In this document: positions 38,705 through 49,287 of the stretch, piece after piece
Layout: the number at the start of each line of letters is the position of its first letter
Position numbering within the stretch: position 1 is the stretch's first letter
Origin: a virus
Direction: 5' to 3' (one strand)
IMG/VR virus record: IMGVR_UViG_3300023174_000129
Span: 19,221 to 83,220 of that record
DNA length: 64,000 bases
Made by a program: the position numbers and the translations under genes
The notes under the pieces: model-generated
Databases searched by the model: none
What the model was told of the DNA's origin: nothing
Seen by the model: only the letters and a program-made list of their open reading frames with translations

Positions 38705-40114
38705 ATAATCTTTCAAATTTTTACTTGTTATCGTTAAAAATACATCATTAGAATCCTTTTTATCAGTTAAAGTTTTATTATTTAATTCTAAATAATTTAT
38801 AAATTCTTTTGATTTTATAACTTCTATAAATTCATCAAATTTATCTTCTTTTACGTCAACTAAAATACCAGATAAATTCAATATATCTTCATTTATATCT
38901 ATAAAATATATACCTTTTGATTTTAAGAAAGTTAATGGTAATAAAATTCTTTTACCATTAACTTCTTTTAATAAACCCTGTTTTCTACCATAAGCATACC
39001 ATTCATTATATTTATCAGCTTTACCTGCATCTCTTTTTAATAGTTCTTCTTTTATTGATAAAAAATAATTATAAGTATTTGGATAATTTAATTTTAATCT
39101 TTCTTGATTTATTATTTCTGAATTCTCATAAGGATATATAATCCAACTATAATCATCAGATGATTTAGATTTTGTAGCTTTAATAACTTTTTTACATATC
39201 TCTTTTTCTATTTTAAAACCATTTTTATAACAAAATTTTTCATCATAAGAATCAATTTTATAAAGATTGTCTTTTAATGTGGCTATACCAACGCTACAAT
39301 AATTTATTAAATCATATAATTTATTTGTGCCTATATTTAATTCTTCAAATATCCATTTATCATCAGATAAATATGTTTTATCTTTTGTAATATTATTATA
39401 TTCTAAATTATCTGTAATATTACCACAAGTTAAAATGCAAGTATAAGTTGATATTGTTTCCCATACTTTTTTTAAACCAAAATCATATAACCAATTAATT
39501 CTTGGTTTTAAAAGATGTCTTAAAAATTTACCTGATTTAGATTTTATAAAAGAATTTGGAATAATAAATCCTATTTGTTGTGCTGATTTTAATGCCTTTT
39601 CAATAAAAGCAAAATATAAATCTACATTACCTAATTTAACAGAATCTAATTCTAATTTTAATAAATTTAAATAATTTTTATCTAAATTTTGTATTCTTAC
39701 ATAAGGAGGATTTCCAAAAATTATATCATATTGATTGTTCTGTAAAAGAAAATCACCACAAATTATATTTTTTGGATCAATAGTTATAGAATATTCATCA
39801 AAGTAAATATCTAATAATATTCTAAATTCGGCAATAAAAGTTTCGTTTATATCATAACACCATAAATTATTTTCAACAAATAAAGCAAGTGATTCTGGTG
39901 TTTCTCCATTTTTTCTAAAATATTCTAATAAACAAAATATAAAAATACCTTTACCAACACTTGGTTCGCATATTTTTTGATTGATTTTTGGCTGTAATCT
40001 ATTAATAATTTTGTCGCATATTTCTTTATTTGTAAAAACAACGCCTTCTTTTTTTATTAGATCCTTATTTTTATCATCGAAATAACAACTTCTATTTAAT
40101 ATATCTTGTATCAT
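38696..40114 (-). CDS. Eco57I/TaqI-like N6-adenine DNA methyltransferase
   Basis: GVVFT, CEPSVGKG, FGNPPYVR, DLYFAFIE, WYAYGRKQGL. Start at 40114, after TTTG-N18-TATATTTG. Confidence 0.9.
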   Translation of the reverse strand: MIQDILNRSCYFDDKNKDLIKKEGVVFTNKEICDKIINRLQPKINQKICEPSVGKGIFIFCLLEYFRKNGETPESLALFVENNLWCYDINETFIAEFRILLDIYFDEYSITIDPKNIICGDFLLQNNQYDIIFGNPPYVRIQNLDKNYLNLLKLELDSVKLGNVDLYFAFIEKALKSAQQIGFIIPNSFIKSKSGKFLRHLLKPRINWLYDFGLKKVWETISTYTCILTCGNITDNLEYNNITKDKTYLSDDKWIFEELNIGTNKLYDLINYCSVGIATLKDNLYKIDSYDEKFCYKNGFKIEKEICKKVIKATKSKSSDDYSWIIYPYENSEIINQERLKLNYPNTYNYFLSIKEELLKRDAGKADKYNEWYAYGRKQGLLKEVNGKRILLPLTFLKSKGIYFIDINEDILNLSGILVDVKEDKFDEFIEVIKSKEFINYLELNNKTLTDKKDSNDVFLTITSKNLKDYLY

Positions 40115-40392
40115 GTAATACAAATATACAAAAATAAACTTAAAAACAAAAAAACAAACAATAATATAAATTATTATGATATGTTTTTTGGTGAAATGCT
40201 CACTGTAGATAAAAAACTTTTTGATTAGATAAACGGTAAAAATGGCTATACTCTAAATTAAATAATAAGTTAAAATAATATTAGATAATAAGAATAATTC
40301 AAGAGGTGAGGATGCGGCAGAAATTTTAGTTTCATCAATCGTTTAAATGTAAACAAATAATGGAACATACCATATAAATTAAAAAAGTTTAT

Positions 40393-40629
40393 ATGGCTAA
40401 AAATTTATTTGAGAAAGCAAGAGAAGAAGCATTGTATAAAACATGTGAGGGTTGTGGTGAAAAAAAATCTATTGATGAATTTAAAAAAACAAACAAATAT
40501 TGTAATAATTGCCCCCATGTCAAGGAAATAAGAGAAAAATATAAAAATAAATATTTAGAAAACAATAATACAGAACCTATTTCAGATATAGAAGATATAG
40601 ATTTAGATGAATTTTTCAAAGATATGTAA
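40393..40629 (+). CDS. Small zinc-finger protein
   Basis: CEGC...CNNC; acidic tail. Confidence 0.6.
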   Translation: MAKNLFEKAREEALYKTCEGCGEKKSIDEFKKTNKYCNNCPHVKEIREKYKNKYLENNNTEPISDIEDIDLDEFFKDM

Positions 40630-40631
40630 TA

Positions 40632-41084
40632 ATGGATAGAAATTTTATAGAAGAAGAAATAAGAAATATAATCGATAAATATATCGGTAGATATAATTCT
40701 GATTATGTTAAAACAAATATTAAAAATGATATAACACATTATTTAACAGAATTGATGTCAGAAAATATCATTTCAAATTATGGAGATATTAATATTATAG
40801 GAGATAAAGATTGTATTAAAGTAAATATAACACCAAATATAGTATTCACCGAATATATAATAAAATATATTTATACTGCTGAAACAAATTTTTTCGTAAA
40901 TGGTTATATATATGATATTTATTTTAATAATTTAAGTCCTAAATATATAAAATTAAATGATAAATTAGTAATTGATTTAAATACGAATCTGCATAGAGAA
41001 GTAATAATATCTATGATAGATAAGGAATTCGTTGAATTATCAATTTATAGAAATAATAGAATTGATGAAATATTAAAGGACTAA
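40632..41084 (+). CDS. Hypothetical protein
   Basis: 150 aa; ends RNNRIDEILKD. Confidence 0.65.
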   Translation: MDRNFIEEEIRNIIDKYIGRYNSDYVKTNIKNDITHYLTELMSENIISNYGDINIIGDKDCIKVNITPNIVFTEYIIKYIYTAETNFFVNGYIYDIYFNNLSPKYIKLNDKLVIDLNTNLHREVIISMIDKEFVELSIYRNNRIDEILKD

Positions 41085-41435
41085 TTGGTAATTATTATAA
41101 TCGTCTAATAAACCTTTTAATTCAAATCCTAAACTTTTATAAAGATTGTTGGCAACATCATTAGTTGTTTCAGTATTTAATTCCATAATTTTACAACCTT
41201 TTTGTTTTGCTCTATCAATTGCAGATTTCATTAATTTTTTGCTATAACCTTTTCCTCTAAATTTTTCCAAAACAGCTACAGAAAAAACTGATGCTTTATC
41301 ATCTGATGAAAAACATAAAATTAAGCTACCAACTTGTTTATTATTTTCTCTTATATAAATAAGTTCTGAATCGAGATGTATACTATTTACATCCACAAAA
41401 TAATTATTTTCTGTAATTTGACTAAATTTATTCAT
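41073..41435 (-). CDS. GNAT acetyltransferase with a short leader
   Basis: FRGKGYS, N.VANNLYKSLGF; N-terminus MNKFSQITE. Confidence 0.88.
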   Translation of the reverse strand: MNKFSQITENNYFVDVNSIHLDSELIYIRENNKQVGSLILCFSSDDKASVFSVAVLEKFRGKGYSKKLMKSAIDRAKQKGCKIMELNTETTNDVANNLYKSLGFELKGLLDDYNNYQLVL

Positions 41436-41485
41436 AAATTAAACTTTTTATAAAATATATATTTAATATAAAAACACAATTTTTA

Positions 41486-42694
41486 ATGTTGAAAGATTCT
41501 ATAAAATCTAAATTAGAAACAAAAAAGTATTCGCTACAATTTCTACCAGAATCAATAAAAGATATAACAACTGAAAAATCGGTTTTTTATAATGGTAAAA
41601 AACTTAAACCATCATTTATAATCGATATCATACATAATTTACTTTTAAGATATTATTTTAGAAAAGAAAATGCATTTCCACTTTCGTCAACTATTCTCAA
41701 AGAAAAATATGGTTATTTATATAACTATTATATGGATTATTTAGTTAGTAAAAATATATTACATATAATAAAAGAATATAAAATCGGTAAAAATACACGA
41801 ACATATAAATTTGATGATTCTATTTTAGATGAAACCATTTTAAGATATAAAAATGATAACCAATCTTTATTAAAAAAATATAAAAAAGCTGTTAGTGCTA
41901 TTGATAATAATGATATTTTAAAAAATTCTATTTATCCAGAGATAAAACAAAAATTAGTATCTGATTTATTTACCACTTCAATTGAATTTGATAAAGCATT
42001 ATATTATTTAAATAATACAATTCAAGATAAAGATTCTTACAATAAGAATAAATATTCCGTAGAATCTATACATGACCGACATATATTTTACCATTTTGAT
42101 TGTTATGGAAGATTGCATACTAATTTCACTATTTTAAAATCATTTATAAGAAAAAATTGTCTTTTAATTAAAAATAAACCAACTTGTGAAATAGATATTT
42201 CTAATTCACAACCACTTTTTTTAACTAAAATAATACATGAAGAAGGTATAGGATTATCAAATACACATGAGTTTAAAGTTTTTAGTTATCTTGTAATACA
42301 TGGTAAGTTTTATCAATTTTTAATGGATAATTCAAATATCAAAGATAAAAAAACATGTAAAGAATTAGTTTATGTAACATTATTTGGTAGAAATGGAAAA
42401 TCTATTAACAATCCATTTGCTAAACTTTTTCCAAAAATATATAATTTTCTAATCGATTATAAAAAAACATATGAAGATTACCGTATAGTTTCACATAAAT
42501 TACAAAATTTAGAATCACAATTTATATTTAATAAAGTAATAAAAACTTTGTCAATAATTAATCCTGATATAAATGTAATAACCATACATGATAGTATTAT
42601 AGTTCAGGAACAGCATAAGCAACAAGTGCAATCTTTAATGAATTCTATGTTATTAAATGAGTTTGATTTTATAGATAGGGAATATACATTCTAG
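41486..42694 (+). CDS. Family A polymerase-like palm-domain protein
   Basis: YGRLHT, motif A-like EIDISNSQP, motif B-like CKELVYVTLFG, LQNLES, motif C IHDSIIV. Confidence 0.6.
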   Translation: MLKDSIKSKLETKKYSLQFLPESIKDITTEKSVFYNGKKLKPSFIIDIIHNLLLRYYFRKENAFPLSSTILKEKYGYLYNYYMDYLVSKNILHIIKEYKIGKNTRTYKFDDSILDETILRYKNDNQSLLKKYKKAVSAIDNNDILKNSIYPEIKQKLVSDLFTTSIEFDKALYYLNNTIQDKDSYNKNKYSVESIHDRHIFYHFDCYGRLHTNFTILKSFIRKNCLLIKNKPTCEIDISNSQPLFLTKIIHEEGIGLSNTHEFKVFSYLVIHGKFYQFLMDNSNIKDKKTCKELVYVTLFGRNGKSINNPFAKLFPKIYNFLIDYKKTYEDYRIVSHKLQNLESQFIFNKVIKTLSIINPDINVITIHDSIIVQEQHKQQVQSLMNSMLLNEFDFIDREYTF

Positions 42695-42724
42695 TTATAA
42701 ATAATTATTTTTAATATATAGTGT

Positions 42725-43294
42725 ATGATTAATCTTAATGATATAAACTTATCATATATTATAGCATCACCTGAAATTGAAGGTTTAAGCCAAACTGAAA
42801 ATATACATAGGAACAATACTTTTGTAAATATGTTATATTCTTTGAATTATTCTATTATTCCAATTTGGGGATTTCAAAATGCTATTTATGAAAAATATTA
42901 TATTGCTATTAGTAGCGAATCTAATGATATTTTTGAAAAAGAAACTAGATTAATTATCAATCAATTTTGTTTTAATGAATTAGTAGTTAAATTCAAAGGT
43001 GAATCTTTATTAACAAGAATTTTATGGAATGGTGAAAAATTTCCAATAGAAGTTAAATACTATGATAATAGTATGGATAAAAAAGTATTTATCCATGAAG
43101 GCGTTACATTTACTTTAAATGAGCAGAAAAGATATTACTTTCCTTCAAAAAAAGAACATTTAAAAGAAGGTATGTTAATTGAATATTTCAATAATAATTT
43201 ATGGACACAAAGAAAAATTAATAATTTAGATTTAGAATATGAAAAAATGTATAAATTATTAATGAAATATGAAAAAATAAGAGTTAATTATTAA
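42725..43294 (+). CDS. Hypothetical protein
   Basis: 189-aa ORF with TAATATATA 4 nt upstream. Confidence 0.75.
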   Translation: MINLNDINLSYIIASPEIEGLSQTENIHRNNTFVNMLYSLNYSIIPIWGFQNAIYEKYYIAISSESNDIFEKETRLIINQFCFNELVVKFKGESLLTRILWNGEKFPIEVKYYDNSMDKKVFIHEGVTFTLNEQKRYYFPSKKEHLKEGMLIEYFNNNLWTQRKINNLDLEYEKMYKLLMKYEKIRVNY

Positions 43295-45267
43295 TGAAAT
43301 GGCTTAAATATTTTAAAATAAATGAAGATCAACAAAATCCAAAAGAAATTGCTGATAAATATTATAAAGATATACCAACAGACATATTAAGTAAATTTGT
43401 TGAAGCTGATCCAACTTCTGTTATTAAAGACGGTAAAGTCAAAAAAATTGGTTCTTATGTTAAATTTTTAGCTAAAATTTATAGAAATAAATCTTTATTG
43501 TTAGAAGATTTACCAAGAGCAAAACAATATTTAACAATTTATCATAATAATAAAGCTAATTTAAAGGATAAAGATATATTAAAATTCGATTCATTATCTG
43601 ATTTAGCTAAAGCAGTAAGGCAATATTTAGATATTGAATCTGGTGAATTAACACCATTTTTAAAACAACTACCAGAAAATTCATATAAATTATTATTTGA
43701 AAATAATGATTGGCGAGTATATAAGCCATTAACAGAACAAGCAGCAGCAGTATTAGGAATTGGAACATCGTGGTGCACATCATGGGGAAAATACGCTGTT
43801 GAAAAAGATAAACAATCATTAACAAGCCAGTTTTACAAATACAAAAATAATCTATTAGTATTCGTAAATAATAATATAGATAAACCAGAGTGGCAATTAC
43901 ATTTAGAAACTAAACAATTTAATGATAAATGGGATAAAAACCGATTTAATAATGCATTACCAGAATTATTAGAAAATAATATTGATTTATGTTATGCTAT
44001 ATTTCCATACTTAAAAGATTTAGAAAATTTTGAGAATCTATCTTCAGCAACTAAGTATTTATATTTATATCCAGATACAATTCATAATATAGTTAAAGAA
44101 AAGATATCTTCTACATTACCAATCAATATTTTTAAAAAATTTAGTGTAATGTGGAATATTGAATCCTCAGATGAAGATAAATCACTTAATTTATTACGGC
44201 TATTGAATATATCAAATATAATAAAAGATGAATTTGAAGATGAAGCTTCTGCTTTTGTTGAGTTCTATAAAAAAAGCGATCATATCGAATTTAAATATAA
44301 ATTATTAAAAAAACAATTAAAAAATTATTATGAATTAGAAGGTTATTTAAGATATTGTAATAATCCTATATGGAATGATACTTTTTGGGATATCAGTAAT
44401 ATTAATATTAGTGATATAATAACTGAAAAAGAGTTATTCGGAAAAGGTTTATTTGATGATTTAAAAAATATAAATTTAGAGTGGATAAATACTTATGATA
44501 AATTAAAAGAATATTTGACAGAAGAACAATATAAAAAATTAATTAAAATATTTAATGATAAATATATAGAAGAATATAATTCTCAAATAGAAGATTTAGC
44601 AAAAAGTATTGGTAATAAAGTTACTAATATTATTGAAATGTCAGATAAGGATATACAAATAGATGAGGATATTTTCTTAAACTCATTATTATCACTTTAT
44701 ATTTACAGAAATCAACGAGTAAATGAGCCTGATATTTCATTAGAAGATGTTATAGATTATATTTTTGATGATAATGATATACCAGGTGATCATGATAGTT
44801 TTACAGATACGGTATATCAAGATTTTGAGTTTGATAATACTAAAGTTTTATATGAAACACAAGTATTGGTTTATGATTTAATCGTAGATAGAAAAGATGA
44901 ACTAACAGAATTAAATAAAACGGATGAAGAAAAAGAAGCTGAAAAGCAAGAAGAATTAAGAAAAACAGAAGAATTAAAGCAAAAAATGTTAAAAGAATTT
45001 GATATTGCTTTAACTAATTTAGGATTTAAAGATTGGCATATAGAAACTGATTATTATATTATTGATTTAGATAAAGATAAATTTACTTCAAATCTTGATA
45101 ATACATCTGGCTCTTTTTGGGCAAAAGTTGTATTTAAAAATAATAACAACAAAGTTGAAGAAGGATTTGTAAGTCTACATTATTTAAATACTGTTATAGC
45201 AAAAGAGTTGAATAGAAAAATAATAAATGAATATAATGTTTTTAGACAAAGATTATGGATTAAATGA
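43294..45267 (+). CDS. Large hypothetical protein with CTS-like leader
   Basis: 657 aa; MKWLKYFKINE; G.GTSWCT motif. Confidence 0.75.
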   Translation: MKWLKYFKINEDQQNPKEIADKYYKDIPTDILSKFVEADPTSVIKDGKVKKIGSYVKFLAKIYRNKSLLLEDLPRAKQYLTIYHNNKANLKDKDILKFDSLSDLAKAVRQYLDIESGELTPFLKQLPENSYKLLFENNDWRVYKPLTEQAAAVLGIGTSWCTSWGKYAVEKDKQSLTSQFYKYKNNLLVFVNNNIDKPEWQLHLETKQFNDKWDKNRFNNALPELLENNIDLCYAIFPYLKDLENFENLSSATKYLYLYPDTIHNIVKEKISSTLPINIFKKFSVMWNIESSDEDKSLNLLRLLNISNIIKDEFEDEASAFVEFYKKSDHIEFKYKLLKKQLKNYYELEGYLRYCNNPIWNDTFWDISNINISDIITEKELFGKGLFDDLKNINLEWINTYDKLKEYLTEEQYKKLIKIFNDKYIEEYNSQIEDLAKSIGNKVTNIIEMSDKDIQIDEDIFLNSLLSLYIYRNQRVNEPDISLEDVIDYIFDDNDIPGDHDSFTDTVYQDFEFDNTKVLYETQVLVYDLIVDRKDELTELNKTDEEKEAEKQEELRKTEELKQKMLKEFDIALTNLGFKDWHIETDYYIIDLDKDKFTSNLDNTSGSFWAKVVFKNNNNKVEEGFVSLHYLNTVIAKELNRKIINEYNVFRQRLWIK

Positions 45268-45685
45268 TTACAACATGCCTATTTTACCATATAGGATGAT
45301 GGGTAGTTATGAATATACAGAAACAGATATAATTAATTTAACTGAGGAGAAAATAATTATATTAAATGATATTTTCATCAAAAACAATAAAGAAACATTT
45401 ATTCAAAAGATAATGACTAATGGTAAAACTTATAGAATAGATTATAATGAGAAGAAATTAATTGAAGAACCTGAAACATATGCTGATTATATGAAAGTCG
45501 ATATTTACAAAGTATATAATGAATATGGAAAAGCAATAGTTGATAATTATTTAAATATATATTCATTTAATGATGGTAAATATGGTGCTGATATACATTA
45601 TATGAAACAATCAAAATCTTCAGTTTGTGAAGATTTTGATGGTTTGTTAAAATATTTATATGATTTAAAATTTACTATTTTATGA
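45227..45685 (+). CDS. Hypothetical protein
   Basis: 152-aa ORF; true start uncertain. Confidence 0.55.
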   Translation: MNIMFLDKDYGLNDYNMPILPYRMMGSYEYTETDIINLTEEKIIILNDIFIKNNKETFIQKIMTNGKTYRIDYNEKKLIEEPETYADYMKVDIYKVYNEYGKAIVDNYLNIYSFNDGKYGADIHYMKQSKSSVCEDFDGLLKYLYDLKFTIL

Positions 45686-46444
45686 GTATTTATTTAAATG
45701 ACCTATTTTTGGTAATACTAAATTAATATGATTTTGTAATTGTTGCTTTGATGCATTACTAAAATGATTTAATATTTCCATATTTCTTTGATATAATTTC
45801 ATATCAATTTTAGATTTCTCGTGATAAAAATGATAACATTTATTAGGTAATGTTGTATGAGTTAAAAAGTTTTTAACCATTACATCTAAATAGTTATCTT
45901 CTGCTCCCCAACCTATAAAATCCTCGTTATGTCCGCCTATTTTATAAAATGCTTCTTTTTTCATCATAAAAATACCACCCATCATAGGAACTTTTTGTAT
46001 ATCATCAGCTGCTTCGCCTCTACCGATTCTATTAATCTGTAAAATCGAATTTAAATCCATCATTCCTTCTTGTGGTGTTAAATCAATTACTGAATTATAT
46101 GGATTAACACAATCATAAAAATCTAATGTTTGAACTGCTTGTAAAAACGCTTGTGGGTGCATTATTAAATCAGAATCACCATATATTATGATTGGTGTAT
46201 CACAATATCTTAAAGCAACATTAAATGCCCATGCTTTGTTAAAAGGAAGGTCTGTTTTTAAAAAAATATGTTTTGCCCTTAAATTAAGTTCGGATATTTT
46301 TGATTTTTTATCTTGTTCAACTATAACAACATTTAAGCCTTGAAATGGAGTAAGCCATTCTAAAACTCTTTTAAGATTATGAAGTCGGTCTGGCTTATGT
46401 TGATAAGCAATTACATATGTTATTTTTGGTATATTTTGTAACAT
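45680..46444 (-). CDS. Glycosyltransferase (GT2/GT7-like)
   Basis: VVEQD, FNKAWAFN, DSD (DxD), IGGHNEDFIGWGAED. Confidence 0.88.
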   Translation of the reverse strand: MLQNIPKITYVIAYQHKPDRLHNLKRVLEWLTPFQGLNVVIVEQDKKSKISELNLRAKHIFLKTDLPFNKAWAFNVALRYCDTPIIIYGDSDLIMHPQAFLQAVQTLDFYDCVNPYNSVIDLTPQEGMMDLNSILQINRIGRGEAADDIQKVPMMGGIFMMKKEAFYKIGGHNEDFIGWGAEDNYLDVMVKNFLTHTTLPNKCYHFYHEKSKIDMKLYQRNMEILNHFSNASKQQLQNHINLVLPKIGHLNKYS

Positions 46445-46514
46445 TATTTTTTTATTTTTTATATTATATAAAAATAAAAAGGTTTAAAAAAACCACCATT
46501 TATGGTGGTTAAAA

Positions 46515-46700
46515 TTAACTTTTAATAAGACCCGGATTAGAATATCCTTTTTGTTGTACTATTTCTAATAATTGTTCAGGAGTTAATTGAGTTTTATCCC
46601 AACCTTTTTTCCTTGCATATTCAGATATGAATTTTTCTCTTAACATCGATAAATCTTCTTTTGCGAGATTATTGCTGCTTTTAATTAAATTTTCGTTCAT
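46515..46700 (-). CDS. Small hypothetical protein
   Basis: 61-aa ORF with TAATATATA upstream and a terminator downstream. Confidence 0.65.
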   Translation of the reverse strand: MNENLIKSSNNLAKEDLSMLREKFISEYARKKGWDKTQLTPEQLLEIVQQKGYSNPGLIKS

Positions 46701-46807
46701 ATAACACTTTTTTCTTATATATTAAAATAAAATATATCATTTTGTTTGTATTGTTGCTTCTTTTTATTACTTTCGTAATAGTTTTATAAAATTAAAAAAA
46801 TTTTTAA

Positions 46808-47437
46808 ATGGTAATCGAGTGTAAAGGAAAAATTCTTTTTCAACCAGAAAATAAAACAAAAAAACACGAAAAACAAGATTGGAAAAAAGTAGCCATGATA
46901 ATGCTTGATTGTGATTTAGATAAATATTATGCATGGTTTCTTAGTAATAGATTTAATTTAGAGTTTGTAAAACCTCTAAGAGGAGGTCATGTAACTTTTA
47001 TATCCGAAAGAATTAGTAATGAAAAATTTAATAAACTTGCTAAAAAATATAATGGTCAAGAAATCACTTTTTTCTATGAAATTGAACCTAGAACTAACAT
47101 AAAACATTGGTGGTTAAGAATACATAGTCCAGAAGCAGAAGCAATAAGACAAGAAATCGGTTTAAATAAAGAACCATATTTTGGTTTACACTTAACTATT
47201 GGTTATATGAATGAAAAAAATATGGAACATTCTGAATATATTTTTAATTCTATTAAAAGGTTTAATTTAATTAGTTCGGAGCCAAGAAAAGAATTAGAAA
47301 AGCATAAAATAGTTAAAGCTATTTATACAAAAAATTCTAACACAAAAGCAAAAGAAGAATTTGAGTTTAATGGTAAAATGGTATATTATAAAAATAGTCA
47401 TTATTGTGATAATAAAACAAAATTAAATAATTTATGA
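46808..47437 (+). CDS. 2H phosphoesterase superfamily protein
   Basis: Two HxT motifs (GHVTF, LHLTI) about 68 aa apart. Confidence 0.7.
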   Translation: MVIECKGKILFQPENKTKKHEKQDWKKVAMIMLDCDLDKYYAWFLSNRFNLEFVKPLRGGHVTFISERISNEKFNKLAKKYNGQEITFFYEIEPRTNIKHWWLRIHSPEAEAIRQEIGLNKEPYFGLHLTIGYMNEKNMEHSEYIFNSIKRFNLISSEPRKELEKHKIVKAIYTKNSNTKAKEEFEFNGKMVYYKNSHYCDNKTKLNNL

Positions 47438-47733
47438 TATTAAAAATTAATTTCATTAAAAGAATTAATGGTGATATTGATGTTAGAAAAGTTAGAAAAG
47501 TTAAATTAGAAAGTATTAAACCAAAATTTAATTGGAGTATTCGTAATTTATCATATGTTAAAATATATGATAAATTACATAATCAAAATTATTTGATGGA
47601 TTCTGGTTGGCAAAGAGTTTATTTTTTCAACACAGAAATTACACATAACTATAATAAAATAGAATATGAAGAGTTATTAAAAATAGCTCAACCATTTATT
47701 CGTGATATAAAAATAAAAGAAATTTTAAGTTAA
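47434..47733 (+). CDS. Hypothetical protein
   Basis: 99 aa; ends RDIKIKEILS. Confidence 0.6.
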   Translation: MILKINFIKRINGDIDVRKVRKVKLESIKPKFNWSIRNLSYVKIYDKLHNQNYLMDSGWQRVYFFNTEITHNYNKIEYEELLKIAQPFIRDIKIKEILS

Positions 47734-47734
47734 T

Positions 47735-48502
47735 ATGCCAGAATGGGCCGAAGTTAGAATTAGTGCTGATTATATTAATGCTAATTCAGAAGGAAAAATA
47801 TTTGATAAACTTTTTCATGTTGAAAAAGGTAATATTGCTAAATTAGATTTAGATTATTCTAATTTTACAATTAATGCTGATACTAATGGTAAAGAATTAA
47901 TTTTAAAATTAAATAATCAAATACCTATTTATGTATTTATGGGAATGAGTGGTGGTTGGAAATTTATTCCAACTAATTATTGGAATTCAATTAAATTTAC
48001 TCGTTTAAGATTTGATGAAATAAATGGTAATACTTTATCTTTATATGGTGGATTTTTAGGACCAAAATATTCAATAAATAAACCTTTTAAAGGCTCTAAA
48101 AGAGGACCAGATGTTGTTAAACAACATGAATTATTTAAAGTTAATATATTAAATAATTTAGATAAAAAAGTTTTTAAAAAGCCAATTTATGAAGCATTAT
48201 TAGATCAGGAATATTTTAATGGTATTGGTAATTATTTGCGTTCTACAATACTTTTTTATTTAGATGAAAATCCATTTTTAGATGCTAAAACTTTAATACA
48301 AAATCGACCTGATATATTAGATTTGTGTAAAGAAATTCCATTAAAAGCGTATGAATTAAATGGTGGACAATTAAAAGATTGGAAAAATCCATTTATTTTA
48401 GATTCTACTGAATTTGATGATTGGGTTTTTTATCAAAAAGGAGAATCAATTAAAGATTCAAATAATAGAACATTTTGGTATAATAATAAATGGAAGCAAT
48501 AA
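47735..48502 (+). CDS. Fpg/Nei-family DNA glycosylase without zinc finger
   Basis: N-terminal MPE, GKEL, MGMSG, RGPD, H2TH LLDQEYFNGIGNYLRS. Confidence 0.9.
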   Translation: MPEWAEVRISADYINANSEGKIFDKLFHVEKGNIAKLDLDYSNFTINADTNGKELILKLNNQIPIYVFMGMSGGWKFIPTNYWNSIKFTRLRFDEINGNTLSLYGGFLGPKYSINKPFKGSKRGPDVVKQHELFKVNILNNLDKKVFKKPIYEALLDQEYFNGIGNYLRSTILFYLDENPFLDAKTLIQNRPDILDLCKEIPLKAYELNGGQLKDWKNPFILDSTEFDDWVFYQKGESIKDSNNRTFWYNNKWKQ

Positions 48503-48544
48503 ATTGCTTCCATTTATTTATTCTTATTATTTTTATTATTATAT

Positions 48545-49228
48545 TTAATTAATACTCCAAAGATATACTTCATTACCACCTGTTACTGGCCCAAGAGGTG
48601 CATAATTAACTACAAGTGTATAGTTATTTAAACCACCAGAAAAAGTCGTACCACCTGAAGAAGTCGCAAAACTAGAACCACCTTGTGTTATTGTAGTGCT
48701 AATTGTTGCACCATTATATAGATTTCCAGTATTTGTTGGTGCTGTAAAAATCAATGAACTACCACTGACTGTTCCGGTAAAGTTGGCAGCTGCGCCAGTA
48801 AATGAAAATGTTGTTGTAGCTAAAAATTGAGTTGATGTTGAACCACCTAATGCTGAAACAGCGGTTAAATTGACAATATTTACACCTCTCAAATTCATTG
48901 TTAAATTGGTTGTAGCTGACACAGTACCAGTAAATGTATAAGTTAAAGTTGGTTGTGTATAAGTTGTTGTTGATGAAGTGCCTAATGAACCCAATCTAAC
49001 TTTTATGTTATCATTAGGTAAGTCATCACCTATATTAGGTGTACCAAAAGTAAATAATCCTTGATAAGAATTACTATTTGTAACACTGATGACAATTGAG
49101 TTGGAAAATCCATCTACTGAAAAGGTAGCTGTTGTGGCTGTGCTTCTTAATTTAAAATAAGAAAAATCAAAGCTCAATGTAGGTCCAGCATAAGTTAAAT
49201 TATTAATATTGAAGTAAGGTCTTGACAT
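48545..49228 (-). CDS. Thr/Ser/Gly-rich putative virion (head decoration) protein
   Basis: Beta-rich T/S/G composition; downstream of the capsid gene; late-type promoter. Confidence 0.55.
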   Translation of the reverse strand: MSRPYFNINNLTYAGPTLSFDFSYFKLRSTATTATFSVDGFSNSIVISVTNSNSYQGLFTFGTPNIGDDLPNDNIKVRLGSLGTSSTTTYTQPTLTYTFTGTVSATTNLTMNLRGVNIVNLTAVSALGGSTSTQFLATTTFSFTGAAANFTGTVSGSSLIFTAPTNTGNLYNGATISTTITQGGSSFATSSGGTTFSGGLNNYTLVVNYAPLGPVTGGNEVYLWSIN

Positions 49229-49287
49229 AGTTAATTATTATTTTGTTATAGTATATATATTATTTTAAAAATCAATTTTTTCATATT

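Noticed and set aside
40150-40390. Intergenic stretch with coding-like fragments
   Set aside because: Interrupted by stops and not assignable to any family.
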